From Candidatus Lutacidiplasmatales archaeon (GTDB lineage Archaea > Thermoplasmatota > Thermoplasmata > Lutacidiplasmatales > UBA184): DNA of 64,000 nt. Both the position numbers and the translations under genes were made by a program. Below the pieces are notes generated by a model. It made no database searches. It saw only the letters and a list, made by a program, of their open reading frames with translations, and had not been told where the DNA came from. Below are positions 1 to 9,297 of this stretch, piece after piece. The first letter of the stretch is position 1; each line of letters opens with the position of its first letter. The DNA lies in contig JBIOKR010000002.1 in NCBI GenBank assembly GCA_044451945.1, positions 4,411-68,410 on the forward strand. The letters are read 5' to 3'.

Positions 1-558
1 AACTGGAGCGGTCTACCGGGGGGTTGCACCGGGACCATCCAACTTAGGCTGCTCTGCCTTCCGCCCTCCCCCGGATGGTTCAACATCAGCGCGAGCGCGA
101 CCGACGCCGCCGGTTTCAAGGTGACCCATGCGGCGCTCACGCTCCACGTCTTCACGGCGATCTCGGTCGCCCTGACGGCGAGCCCGGTGAACTCGACGTA
201 CGGGGACACCGTGACGTTCGTCGCGACGATCACCGGCGGCAGCGGTTCGCCGACGGTCGTCTGGCTCAACATGCCGCCCGGCTGCGGTGTGAACAACCAG
301 AGCACCTCGAGTTGCATCCCGGGGACGACCGGTACCTTCGAGGCGGGCGTCTACGTCTCCGACGCGGGAGGCGGCCATTCGGAGGTCAACGTCACCGTGA
401 CGATCTCCTATGCGCCCCAGGGAGGGAGCGGGGTCTCCGGCAACGGCTCGCTTTTCATCGTCGTGCTCGGCGTCGGAGCGCTCGCGGCGGCCGGCGTGGT
501 CCTCTTCCTCCGTCGCCGCCGCGCGGCACCCCCGGCTGACGCCGGGGAATCGACGTAG
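1..558 (+). CDS. C-terminal part of a surface/secreted protein with PKD/Ig-like repeats and a C-terminal membrane anchor (5' truncated by the window)
   Basis: Frame 1 is open from base 1. Repeated motif WSGLPGGC..C.P / WLNMPPGC..C.P; ends in a hydrophobic helix followed by RRRR. Confidence 0.8.
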   Translation, partial: NWSGLPGGCTGTIQLRLLCLPPSPGWFNISASATDAAGFKVTHAALTLHVFTAISVALTASPVNSTYGDTVTFVATITGGSGSPTVVWLNMPPGCGVNNQSTSSCIPGTTGTFEAGVYVSDAGGGHSEVNVTVTISYAPQGGSGVSGNGSLFIVVLGVGALAAAGVVLFLRRRRAAPPADAGEST

Positions 559-606
559 TCGACCGCCCCCGGCACCCCCGAAGGTCGGCCGGGTGGACCG
601 AGGGGC

Positions 607-972
607 TCAGCCGGAAGGCGAGAGGGAGAACTCGTTACCATCCGGGTCGGCGAAGATGCAGTACCAGCCCCACTCCATCTTCTCCGGAGGATTGGGGAAC
701 TTGACGCCACGCTTCTTCAGGGCCGCGTACGCCTTCGGCATCGAGGTATCGACCTGGAATAAAATCCCGGTGTTTCCGGGCTCGAGCTTTCCTTTCGGGT
801 CGTACTCGCTGACCTGACAGAGATGGATGGCGAAGCCGCCGTGCCTGCGTCCGACGACCGTCCAGTGTTCGTCCTCCGTGAGGACCTTGAGCCCGAGCTT
901 CTGCGTGTACCAGCGCTTCGCCCTCTGTCGGTTCGAGACGACGACAGCGACCGTCTTCGGCGTGAGCTTCAT
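607..972 (-). CDS. VOC/glyoxalase-family protein
   Basis: VAVVVSN..RAKRWY..KLG, GILFQV, WGW..IFADPDGNEF motifs. ATG at 972 lies about 25 nt after a TATA-like box. Confidence 0.9.
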   Translation of the reverse strand: MKLTPKTVAVVVSNRQRAKRWYTQKLGLKVLTEDEHWTVVGRRHGGFAIHLCQVSEYDPKGKLEPGNTGILFQVDTSMPKAYAALKKRGVKFPNPPEKMEWGWYCIFADPDGNEFSLSPSG

Positions 973-1176
973 CGAACGGCCAAGAAGCCGTTCGTACAAA
1001 GGGCTTGGCGGGCGGGAAGTTGGGCCCGAGCCTACCTCGAGAGGGTCGAGCGACGATCCCGGAGCGACTCCGGCCCAGGGGAGCCCGGGGAGAGGTCGGC
1101 CACCCGCCGTGCTCCCTGTGGGGAGGTAACCCTCCTGCCCCAGAGGCCTTTAATCGGGTGCCCGGGTGGGAATCCC

Positions 1177-1890
1177 ATGCGCCTCCCCTCCGAGACGGTC
1201 CGCCAGCTCCTCAAGGAGAACGAGGAGCACTCCTGCCCGGATTCCCCCGAGATCTGCGTCCGGCTGATGGCGCTCGCCGACCTGCCGTCTCGCTTCGGGG
1301 AGTTCCAGATCGCCTCGTTCTGGAACAACTTTGACAAGAAGGAGCATGCCGCCGTCATCCACGGCAACATCCTCGACCGGGAGGACGTCGCGGTCCGCAT
1401 CCACTCCGAATGCCTCACGGGGGATGCGCTCGGCTCGCTGCGCTGCGACTGCCGAGACCAGCTTATCGAGTCGCTCGAAAGGATCGGCCGGATGGACCAC
1501 GGCCTCGTGCTCTACCTTCGGCAGGAGGGCCGTGGCATCGGCTTCACGAACAAGATCCGCGCCTACCAGCTTCAGGACGCCGGCTTTGACACCGTCCAAG
1601 CGAACGAACTGCTCGGCTTCAAGCCGGACGAGCGGGACTACGGGATCGCGGCGCACATCCTCGCTTCGCTGCACGTGAAGTCGATCCAGATCCTGACGAA
1701 CAACCCGGACAAGATCCGGGACCTCCAGTCGCACGGTGTGAAGATCAACGGGAGGATCCCGGTCGTCGTCCCGCCGAACCAGCACGACCGGCCGTACCTC
1801 GAGACGAAGGCGCGCAAGATGGGCCACCTGCTCGAGCTCGAGCAGCAGGACGATCTTTTCGTCCCGTCGGCAAAGAAGGCGAGCTCCTAG
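1177..1890 (+). CDS. ribA: GTP cyclohydrolase II
   Basis: VRIHSECLTGDALGSLRCDC, YLRQEGRGIG, LTNNPDK, YLETK..KMGH. TATA-like TTTAA about 25 nt upstream of ATG 1177. Confidence 0.95.
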   Translation: MRLPSETVRQLLKENEEHSCPDSPEICVRLMALADLPSRFGEFQIASFWNNFDKKEHAAVIHGNILDREDVAVRIHSECLTGDALGSLRCDCRDQLIESLERIGRMDHGLVLYLRQEGRGIGFTNKIRAYQLQDAGFDTVQANELLGFKPDERDYGIAAHILASLHVKSIQILTNNPDKIRDLQSHGVKINGRIPVVVPPNQHDRPYLETKARKMGHLLELEQQDDLFVPSAKKASS

Positions 1891-1940
1891 GCCGCCTGAG
1901 GGTCGGCGAGGCTCGGGCGACCACTCTCGGGAAGCTCTTC

Positions 1941-2786
1941 ATGCGCGCGGTGGACCGTTCCCGGATGCGGGCGAACCTCGGGAAGTGGGACGAGAGCGTA
2001 CCCCACCACGTCGCTTCCCGGCTCTACCAGGTGCCCGCATTCCGACGCGGGCGCGACACGCTCAACTCGATCGAGGTGGCCGCGGTCGGCCCGGTGCGCG
2101 GCCTCTCCCTCCTCCACCTGCAATGCCACTTCGGCCTCGACACGCTCTCCTGGGCCCGCCGCGGCGCGAAGGTGACGGGAGTCGATTTCTCCCCGACGGC
2201 GGTCGTGACCGCCCGGACCCTCGCCCAGGAGACCGGGATCCCTGCCCGCTTTGTCGAGTCGAACATCTACGATCTTCCGAAGCGTCTCAAGGGAAGCTTC
2301 GACGTCGTCTACACGGCGAAGGGGGCGCTCTGCTGGCTCCCGGACCTCGACGCGTGGGGGCGAGTGGTGGCCCACTTCCTCAAGCCGGGCGGCCGGTTCT
2401 TCGTGCTGGACGACCATTCGGCCGCGGACATCTACCGCAACGAGCGGGAGACCCGCGCCTGGGAGCTCGAGGGCTCGTACTTCTCCCGGGAGCCGTTCCG
2501 CGAGGAGTCCGACGGGACGTACGCCGTCGCCCACGCGCCGTTCAAAAACAAGGTGAGCTACAGCTGGGTGCACCCGGTCTCGGAGGTCATCACGGCCCTC
2601 CTCCGGGCGGGGCTCGTCCTCGAGGAGTTCCGGGAGTTCCCCTACTCGTACTGGAAGAAGTTCTCCTTCATGCGGAAGGGCGCCGACGGATACTACCACC
2701 TCACCCTGGAGGAGGGGCGGGCGCCCCTCATGTTCTCCGTGACGGCGGTTCGTCCCGGCGGGCGGATGCGGGCCGGCCGCCGCTAG
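1941..2786 (+). CDS. Class I SAM-dependent methyltransferase
   Basis: LLHLQCHFGLDT, VTGVDFS, FDVVY..GALCWLPDL motifs. Confidence 0.9.
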   Translation: MRAVDRSRMRANLGKWDESVPHHVASRLYQVPAFRRGRDTLNSIEVAAVGPVRGLSLLHLQCHFGLDTLSWARRGAKVTGVDFSPTAVVTARTLAQETGIPARFVESNIYDLPKRLKGSFDVVYTAKGALCWLPDLDAWGRVVAHFLKPGGRFFVLDDHSAADIYRNERETRAWELEGSYFSREPFREESDGTYAVAHAPFKNKVSYSWVHPVSEVITALLRAGLVLEEFREFPYSYWKKFSFMRKGADGYYHLTLEEGRAPLMFSVTAVRPGGRMRAGRR

Positions 2787-2823
2787 CGGCCGGGGTATTG
2801 CGCCCCGCGGCCCCTTGGGCGGC

Positions 2824-3513
2824 CTAGAATCCGAGGTTCTCCTTCACCAGGACCATCGTGATCCGTCCCGGCTGGAACTCCTTTCCGATCACGAGCAGTT
2901 TCGCCAGCGCGCTGCCTCGGCCGTACGCCTTCTGGGCCCTGGCATCCTCCCGGGGGAACGTGTACTCCTGCACCCGGCGGACCCCCGTTTCAAGGTCCGG
3001 GACGATCTTCTGCGTGCCGACCACCCAGATCACCTTGCCCGCCCCGTAAACGTACGGGCCGAGCTGGCTTCCCGAAGCGGAGGCGACGACGACCTGCCCA
3101 TGCTCGGTGACCGCGTGGACGCTTCCGACAACGAACGCCGGCGCTGCGCCGATCTTTCTCTGCTCGTCCATCTTTCCTTCCTGGTAGAGCTTCATCAGGC
3201 GCGGACGAACCGCGTCGAACCTCGCCACATCGGAAAGGTCGGCGGATAGGCCGACGGCCTCGAGCGTCTGGGAGGAGGCGGCGAGCACCTCGGCACCCTT
3301 CGGCAGCAGCTCCAGGACGACGGTGCGCGCCGCCGCCCGGTCGGGGACGACGATCGCGTGGATGCCGTTCGCCTCCAACGCCTGAATGGTGCGCTCGACC
3401 TGCTCCTGCGAGGCGAGCTCCCCAAACGCGGCAGTTGGGCTCTCCGGGGCGGGAGGGGTGAGCGCGATCGGTCCGAGGCGCATGGGTCCGGGTCGAGAGG
3501 AAGCCGCTGACAT
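2824..3513 (-). CDS. LUD-domain (lactate utilization B/C-like) protein
   Basis: GSVHAVTEHGQVVVASASGSQL, VIWVVGTQKIV, ENLGF C-terminus. Confidence 0.85.
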   Translation of the reverse strand: MSAASSRPGPMRLGPIALTPPAPESPTAAFGELASQEQVERTIQALEANGIHAIVVPDRAAARTVVLELLPKGAEVLAASSQTLEAVGLSADLSDVARFDAVRPRLMKLYQEGKMDEQRKIGAAPAFVVGSVHAVTEHGQVVVASASGSQLGPYVYGAGKVIWVVGTQKIVPDLETGVRRVQEYTFPREDARAQKAYGRGSALAKLLVIGKEFQPGRITMVLVKENLGF

Positions 3514-3668
3514 CGTTCATTGCTATACATTTGGAAGTATTTATGTGGCCAGTAACGGCGACGTACGTCGCTTCCATGATCGGTAGCGACCTCCGGTCAA
3601 TGGCAATCCGTCCGGTCGGAATGGAAAGTTAAAATGCTATCAATGGTATAGTGTCAGGTGGGGTAACG

Positions 3669-4082
3669 ATGTCGAGCCCGTCGAGCCCGGCGGCCCGCCG
3701 GGGCGTGGGAGGATCCCTGCCCGGCTCGCCCGCTGGCTGCCCGGTAGGCGAACTGTTCGCCATGCTCGGCCAGCCCCACATGCTGAGGATCCTGCACACC
3801 TTCGGCGAGCAGGGCGGACGTCCGGTCCGGTTCCGGGAACTCGAAACGAAGCTCTCCCTCTCTCCGAGAACTCTGAGCGGGCGGCTTCGGACGCTGGTCG
3901 AGGCCGGCTTGCTGACGCGGACCGCCTACGGTGAGGTCCCGCCGCGGGTCGAGTACGCCCTCACGCCCAAGGCGATCGACCTCGGTCACCTCTTCGACGA
4001 AATGGAGGCGTGGGCGCGCCGCAACACGCTCACGGCCGTCTCCTCGATCACCCGCACCGGCCCGACGAAGGCGAGCGCCTGA
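3669..4082 (+). CDS. HxlR-family winged-helix transcription regulator
   Basis: CPV..RF.EL..LS.RTLS.RL..L...GL..R.AY.EVPPRVEYALT; divergent from the LUD gene. Confidence 0.9.
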   Translation: MSSPSSPAARRGVGGSLPGSPAGCPVGELFAMLGQPHMLRILHTFGEQGGRPVRFRELETKLSLSPRTLSGRLRTLVEAGLLTRTAYGEVPPRVEYALTPKAIDLGHLFDEMEAWARRNTLTAVSSITRTGPTKASA

Positions 4083-4313
4083 CGAGGTCGCGCCCCGCCA
4101 CGCCCCGACTCGGGTGGGGCCGGACGCAGGACTCCTCGCTTTCGCCCTGCCGGAAGGGACGGAGTCACCGTGGACCCACGGGGCCACCGGGAACTCGGGT
4201 ATCTGCATCTTATCATCATGGATTCCCTCTCCCCACGGACGGCCGGGCCGGGAGCCTAGAGAATGGGATGCCCGTGCTGGCCGGGGAGAAACAGTATGGG
4301 AGGAACCACGGGC

Positions 4314-5165
4314 ATGGGACGAGAGAGGACCGGCAACCGATTCTGGGGTCGGGCGGGGCTGACCGGAGGCACCTTGGCGGTCGTCGTCGTCATGGCACTC
4401 GGCTTTTCCGGCGTCGCGGCCGCGCACGCCCACCCAGCGTTCACCGCCCCCTACAAGGGGACGGTATCGGCTTCGAACACGCTGGGAACCAACGGATGCG
4501 CGAGCGCGAAGGTCGTCCAGGGGGCCCACTTCAAGCTCTTGACGGGAGTCGGCGGGTTTGAGGACTCCGCCAAGGCGAACTGGTGTTCCGCGGCGGCGAT
4601 CCCACCCATCACGGAGAGCTTCGCGGAGGCGGTCAGCGAGTTCCAGGTCGGCCTGAAGGTCGTCGCGCCGACGACCGGCGCCCACTCGGTCGCGGCGAAG
4701 CTGTCGTTCAAGGATTCGTGGAGCCAGTCGTTGACGGTCTCCGCCTGCGCCTCCACGACGGTCTACTCGGCCTGCTACCAGATCGCGGAGGTGTACGCTT
4801 CCGCGTGCGGTCAGCTCTACGACCTCACGAACGGGAGCATCATTTCCGCGTCGTACTGCTCGTTCTATCAGCTGAACATGACGTACAACTACAGCGACTG
4901 CTTCAACAACACCTGCTCCGCCTACGGCGGAGGGGGTGCGGGCAGTGGTTCCGGTATCACCTCCGGTGTGATCATGGTCAACGGCACGCTGATCTCAACC
5001 CACGTCTACGTTCTCGAGCTGCAGGTCTACGGTTTCGCCGCCGTCGAATCGTACTCCTACAACACGACGATGGTCGGCACGTCCTCGGGGGCCGCCGTCA
5101 TCAACTTCAACACGAACTCGCCGCCGGGAAACTACGCGAAGCTCGCGTCGGTCACCGTCACGTAG
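4314..5165 (+). CDS. Secreted Cys/Ser/Thr-rich hypothetical protein (paralog of 56129..57187)
   Basis: N-terminal signal-like hydrophobic stretch, paired Cys, many N-x-S/T sites, SD GGAGG before ATG 4314. Start could be 4296. Confidence 0.75.
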   Translation: MGRERTGNRFWGRAGLTGGTLAVVVVMALGFSGVAAAHAHPAFTAPYKGTVSASNTLGTNGCASAKVVQGAHFKLLTGVGGFEDSAKANWCSAAAIPPITESFAEAVSEFQVGLKVVAPTTGAHSVAAKLSFKDSWSQSLTVSACASTTVYSACYQIAEVYASACGQLYDLTNGSIISASYCSFYQLNMTYNYSDCFNNTCSAYGGGGAGSGSGITSGVIMVNGTLISTHVYVLELQVYGFAAVESYSYNTTMVGTSSGAAVINFNTNSPPGNYAKLASVTVT

Positions 5166-5307
5166 GCGACCGACCGCCGGGCGGGGGTCCGACCCCTCGC
5201 CCGGCGAACCCATTCGCCCCGGTCGGGCCCGCGCCCGAGCCCTGATTCCGGCCTTATTTACCCCGCCAGCGTGCGGTGGCTCCCGCGGCCCACGCCGTAA
5301 ATCTCAC

Positions 5308-6981
5308 ATGAATCCTGCGGAGGAGACACCCCAGTCGGAGGTCGTAGGGTCGCCTCCCCGGCGCCCGGGGAGTGCTCGCCGACGGCCTGCGGGCCGTACG
5401 GGAGCGCGGTGGGGCCCGTTCCTGATGGCCGTCGCGGTTGCCGGCCTGCTGGCTGCATCGGCCCTAGCGTACCCGGGCGAATCACCCCGTCCCCGACCTG
5501 CCTCCCCACGTTCCGTTCTCACCGCCGCTCCGGCCGCATCCGGCGATCTTCTGACGGGCGGGCCGCTCGTGGCGGTGACTCCGAGCACCTTTTGGTCGAC
5601 CGACCTCAAGACGAACAACTCGAGCGGGATCTGGACCGACCCGCACGTCGGGGCGTTCCTCAACCAGACGCCGTTCGACTGGTCGCGCTACGGCACCTGG
5701 ACCGAGGAGTGCAACATCTCCTCCGACATCCAATACGGGCCGAACGGTTCCCAGCGGATTCCGTGCGCCTACAATCTGACCGCCTTCAAGCTCTGGTGCC
5801 TCTCGAGGAGCCCCCGGTGCCACGTGATCATGCCCCTCCCCGGGGAGAACAACAACTCCCGTGAGGACGCATCCATCGCGAAATTCATCGTGAAGACCCT
5901 CGGGTTCCAGCCGGACTACTTCTCCGTGGGGAACGAGCCCGACCTCTGGAAGCACTACGGCATCCCGTGGGCGAACTGGTCGTACCTCGACCACCGGCGC
6001 CCCACCCCTCTCGCCTACGCGATCGACCTCAGGAACGCCATCGGGGCGGTGCGCGCCGTCGACCCATCCGCCCGATTCGTCGGGATCGAGGCGACCTGCT
6101 CGTGCGACAGCTACCAGATCGGCCAGGTCCTGCATGTCGACGGTCCGAACATCTCAGCGGTCGCCTACCACTCCTACCCGTACCGGTCCACCGTCACCCC
6201 CACCCTCCAGAAGTTCCTCGACCCCCTCGTGGGCGCCGGGAACGTCACGAGCACCTACCAGCACGTCCGGGCGGCGGTGAACCGGCAGTGCCCGAGCTGC
6301 TCGGGCCTCCCGGTCTTCTTGAACGAGTTCAACGCAGGCCCCGGATGGACCCCCTCGGTGTTCAACGGGACGTACGCGAACGCGCTGTTCCTGGCCGCCT
6401 CGTCGATCCAGGCGCTCCGGGCAAACGTGAGCCAGTTCACGATCTTCAGCCTGCAGAGCAACCAGACGAGCTTCGGCTACTCGATGATGAACGGGACGAG
6501 CTCGGTGGGCCCGACCGGCCTGCTGTTCAGCCGCCTCATCGACCACCTGGCGATGGGGAGCGTCTATGCGACGCACATCGTCACGAACGTCCCGAGCGTC
6601 TGGTCGGTCCTGACGGAGAACTCGAGCAAGGCGAGCCTGTTCGTGGTGAACGCCAACCTCACTCGGACCGTCCACCTCCATCTTTCGCCCCTGATCCTGA
6701 ATGGGACGACCGGTGACGTCTACACGTGGGACCCCGGGAACGCATCGCCCAAGGTCGTCCACGGAAAGATCGCCGGGAGCTACGACGTTCCCCCGGAAGG
6801 CATGCTCCTCGTGCTGGTTTCACCGAAGGCGATCCATGGGCCCTCGCCCCACCCGGCGGCGACGATCGCCGTCAACCCCGTGCCCGCGGTCGACCGCGAA
6901 CCCCGGAGCCCGACTGGGAACGGCCCGCCGCGGGCGGCGCTCCCCCCCTTCGCGAGGACCGCACGGATGGAAGACCCCTAG
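5308..6981 (+). CDS. Secreted clan GH-A glycoside hydrolase (GH79/GH44/GH39-like) with a C-terminal beta-sandwich
   Basis: Signal peptide, SVGNEPD acid/base motif, YHSYP, VFLNEFN nucleophile motif, LFVVN beta-domain. Confidence 0.7.
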   Translation: MNPAEETPQSEVVGSPPRRPGSARRRPAGRTGARWGPFLMAVAVAGLLAASALAYPGESPRPRPASPRSVLTAAPAASGDLLTGGPLVAVTPSTFWSTDLKTNNSSGIWTDPHVGAFLNQTPFDWSRYGTWTEECNISSDIQYGPNGSQRIPCAYNLTAFKLWCLSRSPRCHVIMPLPGENNNSREDASIAKFIVKTLGFQPDYFSVGNEPDLWKHYGIPWANWSYLDHRRPTPLAYAIDLRNAIGAVRAVDPSARFVGIEATCSCDSYQIGQVLHVDGPNISAVAYHSYPYRSTVTPTLQKFLDPLVGAGNVTSTYQHVRAAVNRQCPSCSGLPVFLNEFNAGPGWTPSVFNGTYANALFLAASSIQALRANVSQFTIFSLQSNQTSFGYSMMNGTSSVGPTGLLFSRLIDHLAMGSVYATHIVTNVPSVWSVLTENSSKASLFVVNANLTRTVHLHLSPLILNGTTGDVYTWDPGNASPKVVHGKIAGSYDVPPEGMLLVLVSPKAIHGPSPHPAATIAVNPVPAVDREPRSPTGNGPPRAALPPFARTARMEDP

Positions 6982-7032
6982 GGCTCCACCGACCGAATCG
7001 ACGATCTGCTTGGGTAAGCGGGTGCGAACCGC

Positions 7033-8145
7033 CTACGCACGGCTGGGGCGCCGGGCGAGGAGCACCCGGCCGCCGGTCGGGGCGGTCGTCTCCGGTTCCA
7101 CCGCCCGATTGACGGTGGTCTCGTTGATCACCACGAGCAGCGCGTGCCCGGTACCGAGCTCGGATAGGATCCGCTGGAATCGGGCCGCGTTCTCCCGGTC
7201 TCGGGAGCGTCCGATGAGCGAGCCGGAGAGCTCCGCGAGCTCCTGGGTCGCCGCGTGGACCCCCTCGAGGGCGTCGTCGGCCTCGCTCGCCGAGTTCGAG
7301 CTGAAAGCGCGCATCGTCGCCGTGAGCGTCGAGCTGAACCGGACGAGGAGTTGGCGGATCTCCTCGGCGTCCTTTCCCCGGGGGAGCTCGGCCGCCAGCT
7401 CCCGCCCGATCTTGGCGATCAGGTCCGCGATCACCTCGAGCATCTTGGCGACGAGCCGGTAGCCCATCTGGTAGTGGTGGCTCTGGACCCCGATCTCCCG
7501 TGCGATCTCGTGATCGTTGGCGGCCAGGAGGAGCTGGCGGGCCATCAGGAGGTAGAACCGGTCGACCTCCTCCTCGATGTTCGGGAGTTGACCGAGTAGC
7601 TGGGGGTCTGCGGTCTCGAGAGAGCGGGAGCAGACCTCGAGCTCGAGCTCGATCATGCGGACGACGCGGCTCTGCAGGCTCGAGAGCCGATGCTTGCTCG
7701 CATCGAGGAAGACCCGCACCTCGAGACGACGGGGCTCCTCCTCCACGAGGCTCATGCCGAGGATGCGGTGGGCGACCTCGGCGACCTTGGCGCGGACCTC
7801 GGGGGAGAGGTCGCTGCGGGCGGTGATCAGGATGCGGTCGTTGCCGGTGATGTACGCCCCGATGAGGAGTCTCGGAAGCAAGCTGGGCGTCGCGTCGCTC
7901 GCGTCGATCTGAAGGATCTTGAGATGCTCGGGGGAAGTGGCGCGCCCGGTCGCGATGGACAGCTCGAGGCGACCGTCGCCCAGGTCCCTGAGCTCGATCG
8001 GAGTCCCGGTCACTACCCCATGAGAACCGGTCCACGCCTTCGGGAGGGTGACGGCAAGCGAAGTGCGGCCGGTCCTCTGCACCCTTCGGACGTTCGTCTC
8101 TTGTTCCTTCGAAGGGAGCTCCGCGGCTTCGCTGGCGAGCATCAC
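7033..8145 (-). CDS. phoU: Archaeal AbrB-PhoU phosphate uptake regulator
   Basis: RRVQRTGRTSLAVTLPKAW AbrB domain, LIGAYITG, EEEVDRFY..RQL, AKMLEVIAD. Confidence 0.85.
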   Translation of the reverse strand: MMLASEAAELPSKEQETNVRRVQRTGRTSLAVTLPKAWTGSHGVVTGTPIELRDLGDGRLELSIATGRATSPEHLKILQIDASDATPSLLPRLLIGAYITGNDRILITARSDLSPEVRAKVAEVAHRILGMSLVEEEPRRLEVRVFLDASKHRLSSLQSRVVRMIELELEVCSRSLETADPQLLGQLPNIEEEVDRFYLLMARQLLLAANDHEIAREIGVQSHHYQMGYRLVAKMLEVIADLIAKIGRELAAELPRGKDAEEIRQLLVRFSSTLTATMRAFSSNSASEADDALEGVHAATQELAELSGSLIGRSRDRENAARFQRILSELGTGHALLVVINETTVNRAVEPETTAPTGGRVLLARRPSRA

Positions 8146-8287
8146 GGGGAACTTCCCGGTCCAGAGAATAAGGAGCAGGTCAGGCGGAGTTGACGAGGTG
8201 GTTACTCCCTGGGCTCCTTGCGCTCCTTACGCCAAGGAGGGTACCCACTTGCCACCCCTCTCCCTAATCCTCCCCAAGGAGGCGACC

Positions 8288-8350
8288 ATGGAGACAACTC
8301 TGAGCCGAGGGGCCGAGACGCAGCCGAACGCACTAGGAGGGGGCCGATAG
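8288..8350 (+). CDS. Possible 20-aa leader peptide (METTLSRGAETQPNALGGGR)
   Basis: Strong SD AAGGAGG 5 nt before ATG 8288; stop lies 26 nt upstream of the DUF981 start. Confidence 0.3.
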   Translation: METTLSRGAETQPNALGGGR

Positions 8351-8376
8351 GCCGACCTTCCGAGGAGAAGAGACCG

Positions 8377-9153
8377 ATGTTTATCGATAACCTCGCCCTG
8401 ACCGAAGCGCTCCTACTCTTCGCCGCCGCCGTGCTCACGTACGTGGGGCTCACCGCCTGGTGGGCGATGCGAAAGAACGATGTCGAAAAGGTGAAGGCGG
8501 CGATCCGAGGCGGCGCGGGCCCCGTCGGGGCGGTCGGCGTCACCGCGGTCGTACTAGGCTTCTGGTCGGAAATGGTGTGGCCGTACCCTTCGGTGATGGG
8601 CGGCTACAACATCCTGTTCAACGACATCACGGTCGTCTTCGGCATCGTGATGGTGTCGTTCGCGGCCGTGGCGTACCTCCACCTACGCCTGCAGTACGTC
8701 GGGGTCCTGGCGTTCATGGCCGGGGCCGTGACCGTGCTCTACGGATGGACCGCCTACGGATTCCACTACACCAAAGAGCCGTTCGACTTCCTCCTCCTCT
8801 ACCTGGGATTCGGAGCCGCGGGGATCTTCTCGCTGCCGGCCACGGCGATCGTGGACCACTACCTCGAGAACGTCTCGAAGAGCGACACCCTCTGGCGCAC
8901 CGACTCGAGCAGCGTTTCGACCCGCCGGTTCCTCGGGATCCGGGCGGTCGCCAAGTTCGCCGGTTCCACCACCTCTAACGACAGCGAGGCTTCGGGAGAC
9001 GGAGGCGCTCCCAAGCTCGCGTTCCGGATGCCGCTGTACTACCACGTGATCCTGCTGGCGTTCCCCCTGTTCATGGCGCTTGCCGGCTTCGCCGCGTGGT
9101 GGTTCCTCGGCACCACGATCCCGGGTCATTTGACCCCGGGACAGACCCCCTGA
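8377..9153 (+). CDS. DUF981-family membrane protein
   Basis: MFIDNL start, WP...GYNILFND, TKEP..LLYLGFG, IPGHL C-terminus; SD GAGGAG. Confidence 0.8.
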   Translation: MFIDNLALTEALLLFAAAVLTYVGLTAWWAMRKNDVEKVKAAIRGGAGPVGAVGVTAVVLGFWSEMVWPYPSVMGGYNILFNDITVVFGIVMVSFAAVAYLHLRLQYVGVLAFMAGAVTVLYGWTAYGFHYTKEPFDFLLLYLGFGAAGIFSLPATAIVDHYLENVSKSDTLWRTDSSSVSTRRFLGIRAVAKFAGSTTSNDSEASGDGGAPKLAFRMPLYYHVILLAFPLFMALAGFAAWWFLGTTIPGHLTPGQTP

Positions 9154-9297
9154 CCCGCCTCCTCGGCGGTAGCGTCCGGTGGTCCCAGCTGCCGTCAGCC
9201 CACTCTCCCCGGGCCACCCCGGGGGACCTGAGCCGGTCCCCCGGACCCTCCCGGGGAGGGTGGGCGGCCACCAACCATTTCCTTGACCTTGAAACTC

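Noticed and set aside
1005..1140. GC-rich intergenic stretch upstream of ribA as an FMN riboswitch or SRP RNA
   Set aside because: No FMN or SRP consensus is recognisable, and the ribA TATA box lies downstream of it, so the mRNA would be leaderless.
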